Positions 37,932 through 46,772 of a DNA stretch of 64,000 nt are shown piece after piece; the first letter of the stretch is position 1, and each line of letters opens with the position of its first letter. The position numbers and the translations under genes were made by a program. Below the pieces are notes generated by a model, which searched no databases, was not told the origin of the DNA, and worked only from the letters and a program-made list of their open reading frames with translations. The stretch spans positions 79,483-143,482 of the forward strand of contig JALSNX010000030.1 of the NCBI GenBank assembly GCA_026986775.1, read 5' to 3'. This DNA is from a candidate division WOR-3 bacterium. Lineage in GTDB: Bacteria > Hydrothermota > Hydrothermia > UBA1063 > CAJXJZ01.

Positions 37932-40426
37932 TATAGTACCACCGCTTTAATGTGTATTTTGCTACCTTTGCCACTTATTTGTTCCTTCCTCCCTATTTTA
38001 CGGTATATTAAATAAAGGTAATGTTGCGTTCTCCATAACTGTATCTTTGAAAGGATGCTGTTTTGTTCTTTTTCTATTTCTGAAATGGATTTAATGAGTA
38101 TCCTTCTGGCTTCTTCATACTTGCCCTGTCTATAAAGATAGGAACCCAGAAGGTCCGGGTATTTTTTTATAATCGTCGTATCCACCTGATCAAGACGGTT
38201 TAAATCAATATAAACAGCACATGCAGGGTAGTTCTCATCTACTATAAGTTTTGGATGCTTCCTCTTTAGTAATTGTACTTTTGAAAGTGTACTATCTGGT
38301 TCACCGATAATATAGAACAAAAGGGATGAAAAATAAATATAAAAGGCATCATTTTTCTTCGCATAGTCATTATAAAGAGAAAGTGCTTCCTTGAAGTTTC
38401 CGCTCATGGCACTGGACATCATACTGTAAAAGTAGGCCCACTGGTCACTGCTTAGATAGTATGCCTTTTCAAAAACATTCTGAGCTTTTATGTATTCATC
38501 TTTGTTGAAATACAGAAATCCCAGTCTGAGATACGGTGCTGCATAGCCTGTGTCAATTCTGGCTGCTCTTTCAAAGTCCTTTATAGCAGCATTAACTTCA
38601 TTGGCTTCGTTTTCAATAATACCTCTGTAAAGATATAAAGATGCGTAAACGGGGTACAGGAAGTCCTCATAAGGCCGGTCCGTTATTTTAAGAATTTTGA
38701 TAGCCTCAAGTATTTTTCCGTTTTTTGAAAGCGTTGATGCCATTTTCATTTTGTTGATCAAACTGTGTCCGGTATTGAAAATTTCAGTGTGATGTACAGG
38801 CAGGATGGTGTCTTTGAGAAGCACACCAAGATTACTTATATAAAATATTTTGCCGTTTCGTGTGGTTATGCTGTAGATGGCAGGTTTAATTTTTTTAATT
38901 TCATCCACAGGGTTAGAACCCGGAAGTATGGAGTAAAACAGAGTACCATATTCTTCTGAAATGTCTTTTCCGAACCATGGGGGTGACTGTGCATCAAAAC
39001 CACGACCGTTTAAGGCAAAGAAAACAGGTTTCATACCTAAGTCATTGTTTATTCCACCGGCGACAATATCCTTTGTGCCGTCGTTATTTACATCGTCAAA
39101 GACAGCATCAAATATCCATCCGGAGTGCCAGTATTGGCGTAATCTGGCGTCTTTTTTATTGGGGCAAAGGTTTCTTATTATATATGGAAACCATTTTCCA
39201 CATCTTTCTCCCACCAGTATGCAGCCAGAAGAATCGTTCATAAATTTTAACATATCAACCATAAATACAGCCGGTTTATCGTAGATGTTCCGTGCTGGAT
39301 TGCCAAAATATCTTTTAAATTTACCGGTATAATCCAGTACATAGACTGAACCTGTATCTTTTCCTGCAACTTTTTCTTTGTTAGAGGTGGTTTTTAAGTA
39401 TCCTGTCCCAACGATAACCTCGTTTTTACCGTCATTATTTATGTCCTTAAGAAGATAGGCTGTTATATCACTTCCGGCTTTAAATGTAAATAGTTTTCTT
39501 CCTGATTTATTAAATACTTTGACCTCTGGGCCATTAATATGTACTTTTGCTGGATTCTTATCATTATATCTGCTCAGTATTAGAAATACAACTGACAGTA
39601 TAAGAGCAAAAAATACCAGTCCATACTTTATACCGGACAGCATTGGATACCAGATTTTAACTTTCTTTCGGGTTATCCAGTCGTTTCTCAGTTCCTGTGC
39701 GTCCTTGTATCTGTATCGTGGTGTTTTCAAGAGACACTTCTGAATTATACCTGATATGTGGGATGGAATTCTGGTATTTATTTTATCAGGTGGTTTTGGG
39801 TTCTTGTTTATTATGTTGTACATGGTCTGGGATATGGTATCTTTTCTAAAAGGATGGGTGCCTGTAAAGAGCTCATAGAGTATAACTCCAAGAGAAAATA
39901 TATCTGAAGATTTTGTGGGTTTTTCTCCTTTTAATTCTTCCGGAGATATGTATGCAGGTGTACCTGCCAATTCACCTGTTTTAGTTAGACCTGTCCCCTC
40001 ATCACGGGCAAGTCCAAAGTCCGTAAGTTTTACTTTCAAATCTTTTGTTAAAAGAATATTCTCCGGTTTTAAATCTTTGTGCATTATCCCCTTTTTATGA
40101 GATGCTACCAGGGCTTCTATAATCTGAGTTGCAATTTTTATCCTGTCTTTTAAGGAAAGGCCAGAAATTTGAAAGTTAAGAGGCTTTCCATCAACGTATT
40201 CAGTAAGCACATAGGTTTTGCCATCAATAGTGCCTGTTTCGTATATTTTAACTATATTGGGGTGATTGAGTTTTCTTGCCAGTTCGTAAGCTTTCAGGAA
40301 TTTTGAATATTTTAACAGTTTAAGGGCATATTTTTTTTGCGTTTTAATGTCCTCTACGAGGTAGACCTCCGCAGACCCGCCCTCGCCTAACTTACGAATT
40401 ATCCGAAATCTTCCCCCCAGTATCAC
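37931..40426 (-). CDS. transmembrane Ser/Thr protein kinase with extracytoplasmic FG-GAP/propeller-like region and C-terminal TPR repeats
   Basis: Kinase motifs GEGGSAEVY, YALKLLK, HKDLKPENILL, DFGLA, GTPAYISPE. TM helix YGLVFFALILSVVFLIL. FG-GAP-like DINNDGKNEVIVGTG and DDVNNDGTKDIVAGG. Several TPR-like repeats. The apparent start is a GTG with a weak RBS, so the start is uncertain. Confidence 0.8.
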   Translation of the reverse strand: MILGGRFRIIRKLGEGGSAEVYLVEDIKTQKKYALKLLKYSKFLKAYELARKLNHPNIVKIYETGTIDGKTYVLTEYVDGKPLNFQISGLSLKDRIKIATQIIEALVASHKKGIMHKDLKPENILLTKDLKVKLTDFGLARDEGTGLTKTGELAGTPAYISPEELKGEKPTKSSDIFSLGVILYELFTGTHPFRKDTISQTMYNIINKNPKPPDKINTRIPSHISGIIQKCLLKTPRYRYKDAQELRNDWITRKKVKIWYPMLSGIKYGLVFFALILSVVFLILSRYNDKNPAKVHINGPEVKVFNKSGRKLFTFKAGSDITAYLLKDINNDGKNEVIVGTGYLKTTSNKEKVAGKDTGSVYVLDYTGKFKRYFGNPARNIYDKPAVFMVDMLKFMNDSSGCILVGERCGKWFPYIIRNLCPNKKDARLRQYWHSGWIFDAVFDDVNNDGTKDIVAGGINNDLGMKPVFFALNGRGFDAQSPPWFGKDISEEYGTLFYSILPGSNPVDEIKKIKPAIYSITTRNGKIFYISNLGVLLKDTILPVHHTEIFNTGHSLINKMKMASTLSKNGKILEAIKILKITDRPYEDFLYPVYASLYLYRGIIENEANEVNAAIKDFERAARIDTGYAAPYLRLGFLYFNKDEYIKAQNVFEKAYYLSSDQWAYFYSMMSSAMSGNFKEALSLYNDYAKKNDAFYIYFSSLLFYIIGEPDSTLSKVQLLKRKHPKLIVDENYPACAVYIDLNRLDQVDTTIIKKYPDLLGSYLYRQGKYEEARRILIKSISEIEKEQNSILSKIQLWRTQHYLYLIYRKIGRKEQISGKGSKIHIKAVVL

Positions 40427-40480
40427 ACGGATATTATAAAGACTTTCAGAGAGTTTATGAAGCGGTTATTTTTACTATTC

Positions 40481-40509
40481 TTGACAGTCCACCCCTGAAA
40501 CTTGATAAT
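40481..40509 (+). promoter_or_regulatory. sigma-70-like promoter (TTGACA-17-GATAAT) for the DUF4139 gene
   Basis: ttgacagtccacccctgaaacttgataat. It lies about 20 nt upstream of the GGGGGAG RBS / ATG at 40530. Confidence 0.45.
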
Positions 40510-40529
40510 AATTTAAAAAGGGGGAGACT

Positions 40530-42008
40530 ATGAATTTACTTTTGATACTTCTTGCATCTATACTTTTACCTGAGAATATAAAACTATATTACAACGGTGC
40601 TGTTGTAGAGTACAGAACCACTGTTGAACTTAAAAAGGGGATTAATGAGTTATACCTTACGGGTATAAGGAGCAAAAATGGTATAAAAATCCTTGGAATA
40701 AAAGCTGAAGGCGGTGTTTTTATCGGAGGGTACAGTTTACTTGATAGTGTCCCCATTTCAGGTTCCAGAGTAAAAAAACTGAAAAGAACACAGGATTCAC
40801 TGCTTGGACTAAAAGAGATACTAAACAAACGAATTGACATTGTTTCAAAGGAACAGGTTATGCTCACAGGGATTCTGAACAGTAAAAGAGATACAATTTA
40901 TTTTGATGCAGTAAAGCTTTCTGCCCTGCTGGATACAATAAGACGTAAAAGTCTTCTATTAAAGAAAATGGAATTGAGTTTAAGGAAAGAATTGAAAAGG
41001 ATCATGAAAGAATTGGATGTGGTGAATGACTCTTTAAGATTGTATGCTGGACCTGTTATCAGTCTCACGGCAGTATCTGAAAAAAATGGAGTTTCAAAAT
41101 TGATTGTCAACGTTTTTAACACGAATATTTATTATGCTCCCATGTTTACCATAAACGCAGAGCCGGACAAAGACAGGGCAATTCTATCTGCTTTTGCAAA
41201 AATTGAAAACAGGACAGGTCTGAAATTCAAAAACGTGTCGCTAACAGTTTTTATGCAGAGATATGAGCCTTACGCTCTCCCCGATATTGTTCCAGAAGTA
41301 TTTTTCTATGAAGAGCCAGAGCTTTCTTATAATTTTCCCAGGTATAGTAAAAGGTACACAGGAGCCAAGTCGGCTCCTAAAAATATTGAAAAAAGGAAGA
41401 TTGAGGTTGAAGCAAGACCGTATACACTTGGAGGAAGTTTTTACTTGAGAGGAAAATACGTTATAGGAGAAGAAATTTCGGTTCCTGTTTTTTATGATAC
41501 CCTTCCTGCAAAGTTTATAAGAAAATCGTATCCAAGAATTTATGATGGTGTTTATCTATCTGGAATCCTGACCGCAGGGAAATATCCTGTTTATCTTAAA
41601 AATATCCGTGTGCTTGTTGACGGTGTGTATCAGGGGTATTTTACTTATATAGAAAAAGAAATCGTCTTTTCCCGTGATACATTTACCGTTAATTTTGGAA
41701 AGGACAATATGGTGGTTGTTAAGAGAAAGAAACTGAAAGACTTTTCGACATCTTCATGGACAGGGGCAAAGATAAAACAGTTTGAATATCTAATAAACGT
41801 GCAGAATTTGAGAAATACTCCCATTACAGTAGATATTTATGATAATCTACCTGTTTTCACATCGGATAAGTACAGGCTTAAAAATGTTAGAATAGAACCA
41901 TCTGATTATCAACTGAATAAAGAAACGGGTGTAATAAAGTGGTCTTTGAAACTTGATGCAAAACAGAAAAAAGAATTGAGACTGTACTATGAGATTTTTA
42001 AACGGTAA
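40530..42008 (+). CDS. DUF4139/DUF4140-family (mucoidy-inhibitor MuiA-like) protein, probably secreted
   Basis: N-terminal hydrophobic signal. IKLYYNGAVVEYRTTVELKKGINELYLTGI resembles the conserved N-terminal block of the DUF4140/TIGR02231 family. It has a central coiled coil, and its ~490-aa length is typical. Confidence 0.5.
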   Translation: MNLLLILLASILLPENIKLYYNGAVVEYRTTVELKKGINELYLTGIRSKNGIKILGIKAEGGVFIGGYSLLDSVPISGSRVKKLKRTQDSLLGLKEILNKRIDIVSKEQVMLTGILNSKRDTIYFDAVKLSALLDTIRRKSLLLKKMELSLRKELKRIMKELDVVNDSLRLYAGPVISLTAVSEKNGVSKLIVNVFNTNIYYAPMFTINAEPDKDRAILSAFAKIENRTGLKFKNVSLTVFMQRYEPYALPDIVPEVFFYEEPELSYNFPRYSKRYTGAKSAPKNIEKRKIEVEARPYTLGGSFYLRGKYVIGEEISVPVFYDTLPAKFIRKSYPRIYDGVYLSGILTAGKYPVYLKNIRVLVDGVYQGYFTYIEKEIVFSRDTFTVNFGKDNMVVVKRKKLKDFSTSSWTGAKIKQFEYLINVQNLRNTPITVDIYDNLPVFTSDKYRLKNVRIEPSDYQLNKETGVIKWSLKLDAKQKKELRLYYEIFKR

Positions 42009-42604
42009 CTTTTAATGATTTTCTGGATTATTCTGTAGGCTTTTTCAAGAAAATAGTTTAAATCTTCATTATTGTTCTCAATAATATAGTCGTATTCTCT
42101 GTTCATATCGTATGACTGTTTTTTTAGAACATTTTCAATAAACTCTTTATTTAAACCCCGCTGTAAAAGACGTTTTTTCAGTACCTTTATGGGTGCATCA
42201 ACCTTAATCATAACATTGCATATCCTGTATATTCCTGTGGTAAAAGGTATTGCCACATCAACAAAGCATATTTTCTTTTTTGAACGCTCAAGCTCCTCTC
42301 TTAAGAGTTTAAGAATCACGGGGTGGGTTATTTGTTCCAGTTTGCGCCAGTCTTCTTCAGTTTTTAACTTTTCCCGCAGTTTCTGACGCAGTATATCACC
42401 GGTTTTTGAAACAACATCACTTCCAAAGGTGTTTTTTATCTCTTCTTTCGCTATGGAGAGTGCCCTGTGCCCCAGTTCATCGGCTGATATGATACAGAAT
42501 CCCTTTTCCTTCAGGTATTGTGCAAGGGTAGACTTACCTGAACCAGCATATCCGCTGATACAAATGACCAGTATGTTTCTATCTGCGATTCTTTTTGAAG
42601 GCAT
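41987..42604 (-). CDS. coaE: dephospho-CoA kinase
   Basis: P-loop ICISGYAGSGKST, substrate motif IISADELGH, ~200 aa. It is convergent with the DUF4139 gene and overlaps it by 22 nt. Confidence 0.8.
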   Translation of the reverse strand: MPSKRIADRNILVICISGYAGSGKSTLAQYLKEKGFCIISADELGHRALSIAKEEIKNTFGSDVVSKTGDILRQKLREKLKTEEDWRKLEQITHPVILKLLREELERSKKKICFVDVAIPFTTGIYRICNVMIKVDAPIKVLKKRLLQRGLNKEFIENVLKKQSYDMNREYDYIIENNNEDLNYFLEKAYRIIQKIIKSYRLKIS

Positions 42605-44261
42605 CCTTAATAATCCTGAAATGTTCCTCTATAACCTTATCATTTGACATCTTATGGGCTTTTTTAGAAAGTTTATATGCTTCTTCAATCTCCCCCTTTT
42701 TGAATAAGAGCCACGCATATGAATCAAGCACATAGGGGTCTTCTGGAGAAAGTTCAAAAGCCTTTTTTAGATACTTTTCTGCCTTTTGTATATCTCCGTT
42801 AGTAAGCCACAGGTATCCAAGATTATTGTAATACAGTCCTTTTGATGGATTCTGAGCAATCAATAAACGATAAAGAGAATCTGCAAGATAGACATCATTT
42901 AAGTACTGTGCTGCATAGGCGAGGTCAAAAATATCGTCTGTGTTCACAAGATGGAGGTTTCTGACAGTATCTACCAGCATTTTTACAAATTGTGTATCTG
43001 CAAAATGCGGTGCGAGACTTAAAAGTGGAATGTATCTTGCAGGATGTGAGGGGTCTTTTTGTATGGACAGGTTAAGGTACTTAAATGACAGCTTTCTTCT
43101 GCCGAGGCTTTTGAGTACAACGCCTGTAAGATAAAGATAGTAAGGGTCATTCTGTCCTTTATTTTTCCAGATGAGGAGTTCTCGTGCGGCATCATCAATA
43201 TAATTGAGTTTAAATAGAATGAAGGCTTTCAAAAGGCTGTAAGAATAGTTTCTTCTTATTTTTTCGGCTTTTTCAATGCTTCTAAGAGCGTCTTTGTATA
43301 GATTTTTCCTTATTAAAACGCGCGCTATGTAATAATGTATTTCAGGGTCATTTTTTGTCAGACTTCGTGCTATGAGATAGTTTATAAGGCTTGAATCATA
43401 TTTTTGAAGCATGAAATAAGCATAGCCTGCCTGTTTCCTCAATTTGTAATTAAATGGAGACTGTTTAAGTAGTAGAAGCACATATTTTTTTGCGTCATCG
43501 TAATATCCTTTCTTTATATAAAGGCTTATAAGGTGATGAAAAACTTTTAAATCTGGTTCAGTGCTTGATTCTATGTATTGTGTGAGATAAAACAGTGCAC
43601 TGTCCACATTGTCCATTGCCTCAAAAGAAAATCCTTTAAGTTTGAGAAATTCAATTCTTTCCTTACCACGAAGGTCTTTATTGGCCAGGACTTTTATGAT
43701 TCTTCCCATCTTTTGATATTCAGCCCTTTCGTAAAAAGTTCTGGCAAGCGTGAGTAAAGTTGTTGCGCTCAGACTGTCTAAATTATATTTGTTTTCTGAA
43801 AGGATACTGGTGACCATGTTTTGAACGTTGTACCTTGATGCGTAAAAAAGAATAATGTTTACGAGATCTGGGTCATTTTTGAATGCCCTGTACAATTTTT
43901 CAAGTTCTTTTTCAACCTGTGTTCTGGTTCGTGTAAAAAGCGTCAGTCTCAGGTAGTTGTAAAGTAAGGTGTCGTATACTGTGTAGTGCTTTGTGTAAAT
44001 ATAGAAGATGCTGTCTATATAAGGTAAACCATCTTCAATTTCATTGAGTTTGTCTATAAAAGTTTGAAATTCAAGAGAAGCGATCTTTGCCGCTGAGTGA
44101 TTTATTGTGATATCACAGAGGAGAGAGTCAGGGGAATTTTTAATCTGCTTATAAATATCTGAAACTGCTTTATCAAAGGGCTGTTTTTCAATTGAGTATA
44201 TAGCCTCAAAGTATGTCTTTTTAAATCCTGAGAGAAGTAGTAACAACAGTAAGAGATTCAT
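42579..44261 (-). CDS. secreted TPR-repeat protein
   Basis: Leu-rich signal peptide MNLLLLLLLLSGF. Many TPR-like helical repeats (Y/A/L periodicity). ATGA overlap with the upstream holA. Confidence 0.7.
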   Translation of the reverse strand: MNLLLLLLLLSGFKKTYFEAIYSIEKQPFDKAVSDIYKQIKNSPDSLLCDITINHSAAKIASLEFQTFIDKLNEIEDGLPYIDSIFYIYTKHYTVYDTLLYNYLRLTLFTRTRTQVEKELEKLYRAFKNDPDLVNIILFYASRYNVQNMVTSILSENKYNLDSLSATTLLTLARTFYERAEYQKMGRIIKVLANKDLRGKERIEFLKLKGFSFEAMDNVDSALFYLTQYIESSTEPDLKVFHHLISLYIKKGYYDDAKKYVLLLLKQSPFNYKLRKQAGYAYFMLQKYDSSLINYLIARSLTKNDPEIHYYIARVLIRKNLYKDALRSIEKAEKIRRNYSYSLLKAFILFKLNYIDDAARELLIWKNKGQNDPYYLYLTGVVLKSLGRRKLSFKYLNLSIQKDPSHPARYIPLLSLAPHFADTQFVKMLVDTVRNLHLVNTDDIFDLAYAAQYLNDVYLADSLYRLLIAQNPSKGLYYNNLGYLWLTNGDIQKAEKYLKKAFELSPEDPYVLDSYAWLLFKKGEIEEAYKLSKKAHKMSNDKVIEEHFRIIKDAFKKNRR

Positions 44262-45220
44262 GGCAGAAGTGAGAGAATTATGAGGTTTTTTGTTATCTTT
44301 TCGTCACGCAGATTTGTTTTTGTCGCATATTCTATTTCAATAAGCCTTTTCATAACAATTGATGCATCTTTGAGCGTGTGGAGCATTTTGTGCTTTTTAT
44401 ATGGTCTTATACGCCATTCAGAACGGTATCTATCAGAAAAGAATGTACCCAGAGCTGCGTCAATAATTCTTGCAAAGTGAGTTTCCATTTCATATACTAT
44501 TTCATTGGTTTTTCTGTTTAGCATGGCCTTTTTTATCTTTTTTGTGTTAAATTTCTCATATCCCATTACGTCAAATAAAGTGTTCTGCAAAGGATATTCA
44601 GATACATAACTTAAGATGCTGAGGTGATGTTTATCAAGAAAGCGGTCATCATCCATATATAGAAAGAGTTTCTTCAGCTCCATATCAGCGTGAGTAAGAT
44701 TCTGTGGCAGTTTTTTAACGAGAAGTTCAAGTATTCTATCGTCCGCTTCCTTGTTGTTCCTTTTTAATCTGCTTTTTACCCATATGGTAAATCCTTTATA
44801 ATCAAGCGATGAAAACTCATATATATCAATGTGTTTCAGGTTGCGATATTTGCCAAGAAGATTCTTCAATTTCCTTTTATCGTATGAAGAAGAAATGACA
44901 AGAGCAATATATGTGCCATCAGGAATTCTCATGCGTAATAAATCATCTTTTTGCTTTAGTTTCTCAAACTCATAAATCACAATTAAGCGTTTTGCAGCAA
45001 ACAATCCCGTATTTGTGACAGTGCCCAAAATTTCATCTACGGTGGTGTCCTTGCCAAAGAAAACAATTCTTTTTACGCCCAGAAATTCTTCTATACGGGA
45101 TATAGCCACTTTTTTAAGATAATCCTCCTCACCGACAAGAAGGACAATGGGTGATGCAGGTCCATTGGCCTTAAGATTGTTAAAAAGCTGGTTGTAATAC
45201 GCAATACCTGTACCTGCCAT
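44258..45220 (-). CDS. holA: DNA polymerase III delta subunit
   Basis: N-terminus ...IVLLVGEEDYLKKVAISRI and its ~320-aa size resemble HolA clamp-loader delta. Confidence 0.55.
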   Translation of the reverse strand: MAGTGIAYYNQLFNNLKANGPASPIVLLVGEEDYLKKVAISRIEEFLGVKRIVFFGKDTTVDEILGTVTNTGLFAAKRLIVIYEFEKLKQKDDLLRMRIPDGTYIALVISSSYDKRKLKNLLGKYRNLKHIDIYEFSSLDYKGFTIWVKSRLKRNNKEADDRILELLVKKLPQNLTHADMELKKLFLYMDDDRFLDKHHLSILSYVSEYPLQNTLFDVMGYEKFNTKKIKKAMLNRKTNEIVYEMETHFARIIDAALGTFFSDRYRSEWRIRPYKKHKMLHTLKDASIVMKRLIEIEYATKTNLRDEKITKNLIILSLLP

Positions 45221-45383
45221 ATATAAATTTTACGGCGTTATGTCTAACCTGACAAGCGGAGCGAGGTTTCAGAAGTCCACACAGTACGAGTTATATAAAT
45301 TATTGTGAATCAAAAAGATACTTGTAAGTCACATTTTTCCTTGCAAAATCATGCTTTTGCCATTATACTATTTATCACACAGA

Positions 45384-45458
45384 GGCCTCGTCGTCTAGCC
45401 AGGTCTAGGACACCGGCCTTTCACGCCGGCGACAGGGGTTCGAATCCCCTCGAGGCCA
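45384..45458 (+). tRNA. tRNA-Glu (anticodon UUC), CCA not encoded
   Basis: GGCCTCG acceptor stem paired with CGAGGCC. The D-arm TCGTCTAGCCAGGTCTAGGAC and anticodon stem-loop CCGGCCTTTCACGCCGG are nearly identical to E. coli tRNA-Glu. T-arm GGGGTTCGAATCCCC. Confidence 0.9.
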
Positions 45459-45467
45459 CTTTGAAAT

Positions 45468-46772
45468 ATGAAAAAGTTATTCTTCCGCCTTATCTCCATT
45501 GTTTTTACCCTTTCAATTGGTTTATTGATCGCCTTACATATTCTATCCCGCACTCCACAATCCAGAGTACCGGGCCTTACCCCATTACATTTGATTCCTT
45601 CACGTGGTTTTTCCTATGCGGTTATATTTACCCAGGAGAAGATTTTAAAGGCTTTTCTTGGTAACGATACTATCTCTGAGAGTTTTTACAGACTGTCCTC
45701 AACTTTTCTACATAAGAGCTATTATTCAGTTAGATATTCAATGGTTTTGAAGAACGCTTTAGGTAAGTATGTGCTTTTTGCTTCGTACAAAAATGGGGCT
45801 TTTGTACTTGTAACCAGACCAAGATTTAGATTAAAACTCCTCAGATATTTTGTAAATAGTGAGAAAAAGGATTATGATGGAATAACTGTCTATAAAATGG
45901 GCAGTATCTATTTTTACTTTGTGGAGGACTACCTGGTTATTACACCTGATCTGGACATTCTTAAATTGTCATGTGATATAGTAAGTGGGGAACGAAAAGG
46001 CAGTGTCTTTGATAATGCAGGATATCCTGATAACTATGATTTTTCCATGATTGTAAATATCAGGAAACCTCTTTTGAGTTTCAATCCTCTTGTATTTGGA
46101 CTTAAGAAAGACAAAATGGTGATAAGGGTAAAACCACTTTCCTCAGTAATTTTTGATGCCATAAAAGGTGATTTACCGGACTCTTTGCCGGTGGCTCCTG
46201 TATTTCTTGGAATAAAAATCCCATACCTTGAATTATACGATGCCTATGTTTCACATTATCCAGATGATGCACTTGACCTTTCCGCATGTTTCTGGGATAT
46301 GGGTGGTAGTGGCTTTTTGTGGTTGAACGAAAACGGTGATTTTCTATTTTCACTTGATGCAAGGGTACCAGAGGAGAGGATGGTATCTGATATATTTACC
46401 TGTTTGAAGTTGAAAAAAAAGGCTGATAGGGTGATTATAGATACATTGTCTCACACTTATGTGTTTAAAAAGGGAGATTTTTCCGCTTATTTTCTAAAGT
46501 ATATTGTGGATGTTGAGAAAAATCGTTTTATACTCACTAACTCAAGAGTTCTCTTGAATGCCTATGAGAGTGCGCAGTATGAGAAAAAGGATGGTTTTAT
46601 AAACTTTGTCAAGATACCTGAGTATCTTTTACCAGCTTCCTCGTACATGGATTCTATAATTGACTGGTACGTTAAGGCAGACAGTTTGAAAAATAAAAGA
46701 TGGATGCTTGATTTTAAGGAATATCGGACTGAATTTTACATTGAAGGCAGAAGATATTTAAGAGGAAAGTAA
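45468..46772 (+). CDS. hypothetical membrane-anchored protein (434 aa), no recognised domain
   Basis: N-terminal TM helix LISIVFTLSIGLLIALHIL. Long ORF with coding-like composition. The ATG is 10 nt after the tRNA, with no clear RBS. Confidence 0.5.
   Translation: MKKLFFRLISIVFTLSIGLLIALHILSRTPQSRVPGLTPLHLIPSRGFSYAVIFTQEKILKAFLGNDTISESFYRLSSTFLHKSYYSVRYSMVLKNALGKYVLFASYKNGAFVLVTRPRFRLKLLRYFVNSEKKDYDGITVYKMGSIYFYFVEDYLVITPDLDILKLSCDIVSGERKGSVFDNAGYPDNYDFSMIVNIRKPLLSFNPLVFGLKKDKMVIRVKPLSSVIFDAIKGDLPDSLPVAPVFLGIKIPYLELYDAYVSHYPDDALDLSACFWDMGGSGFLWLNENGDFLFSLDARVPEERMVSDIFTCLKLKKKADRVIIDTLSHTYVFKKGDFSAYFLKYIVDVEKNRFILTNSRVLLNAYESAQYEKKDGFINFVKIPEYLLPASSYMDSIIDWYVKADSLKNKRWMLDFKEYRTEFYIEGRRYLRGK

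Noticed and set aside
44258-45458. Mobile element or integrase next to tRNA-Glu
   Set aside because: No integrase, transposase or repeat of the tRNA 3' end is visible. The neighbours are holA and a hypothetical membrane protein.
45305-45664. 119-aa plus-strand ORF spanning the tRNA-Glu gene
   Set aside because: It overlaps a confidently identified tRNA and has no RBS. It also overlaps the 5' end of the next real ORF, so it is a six-frame artefact.
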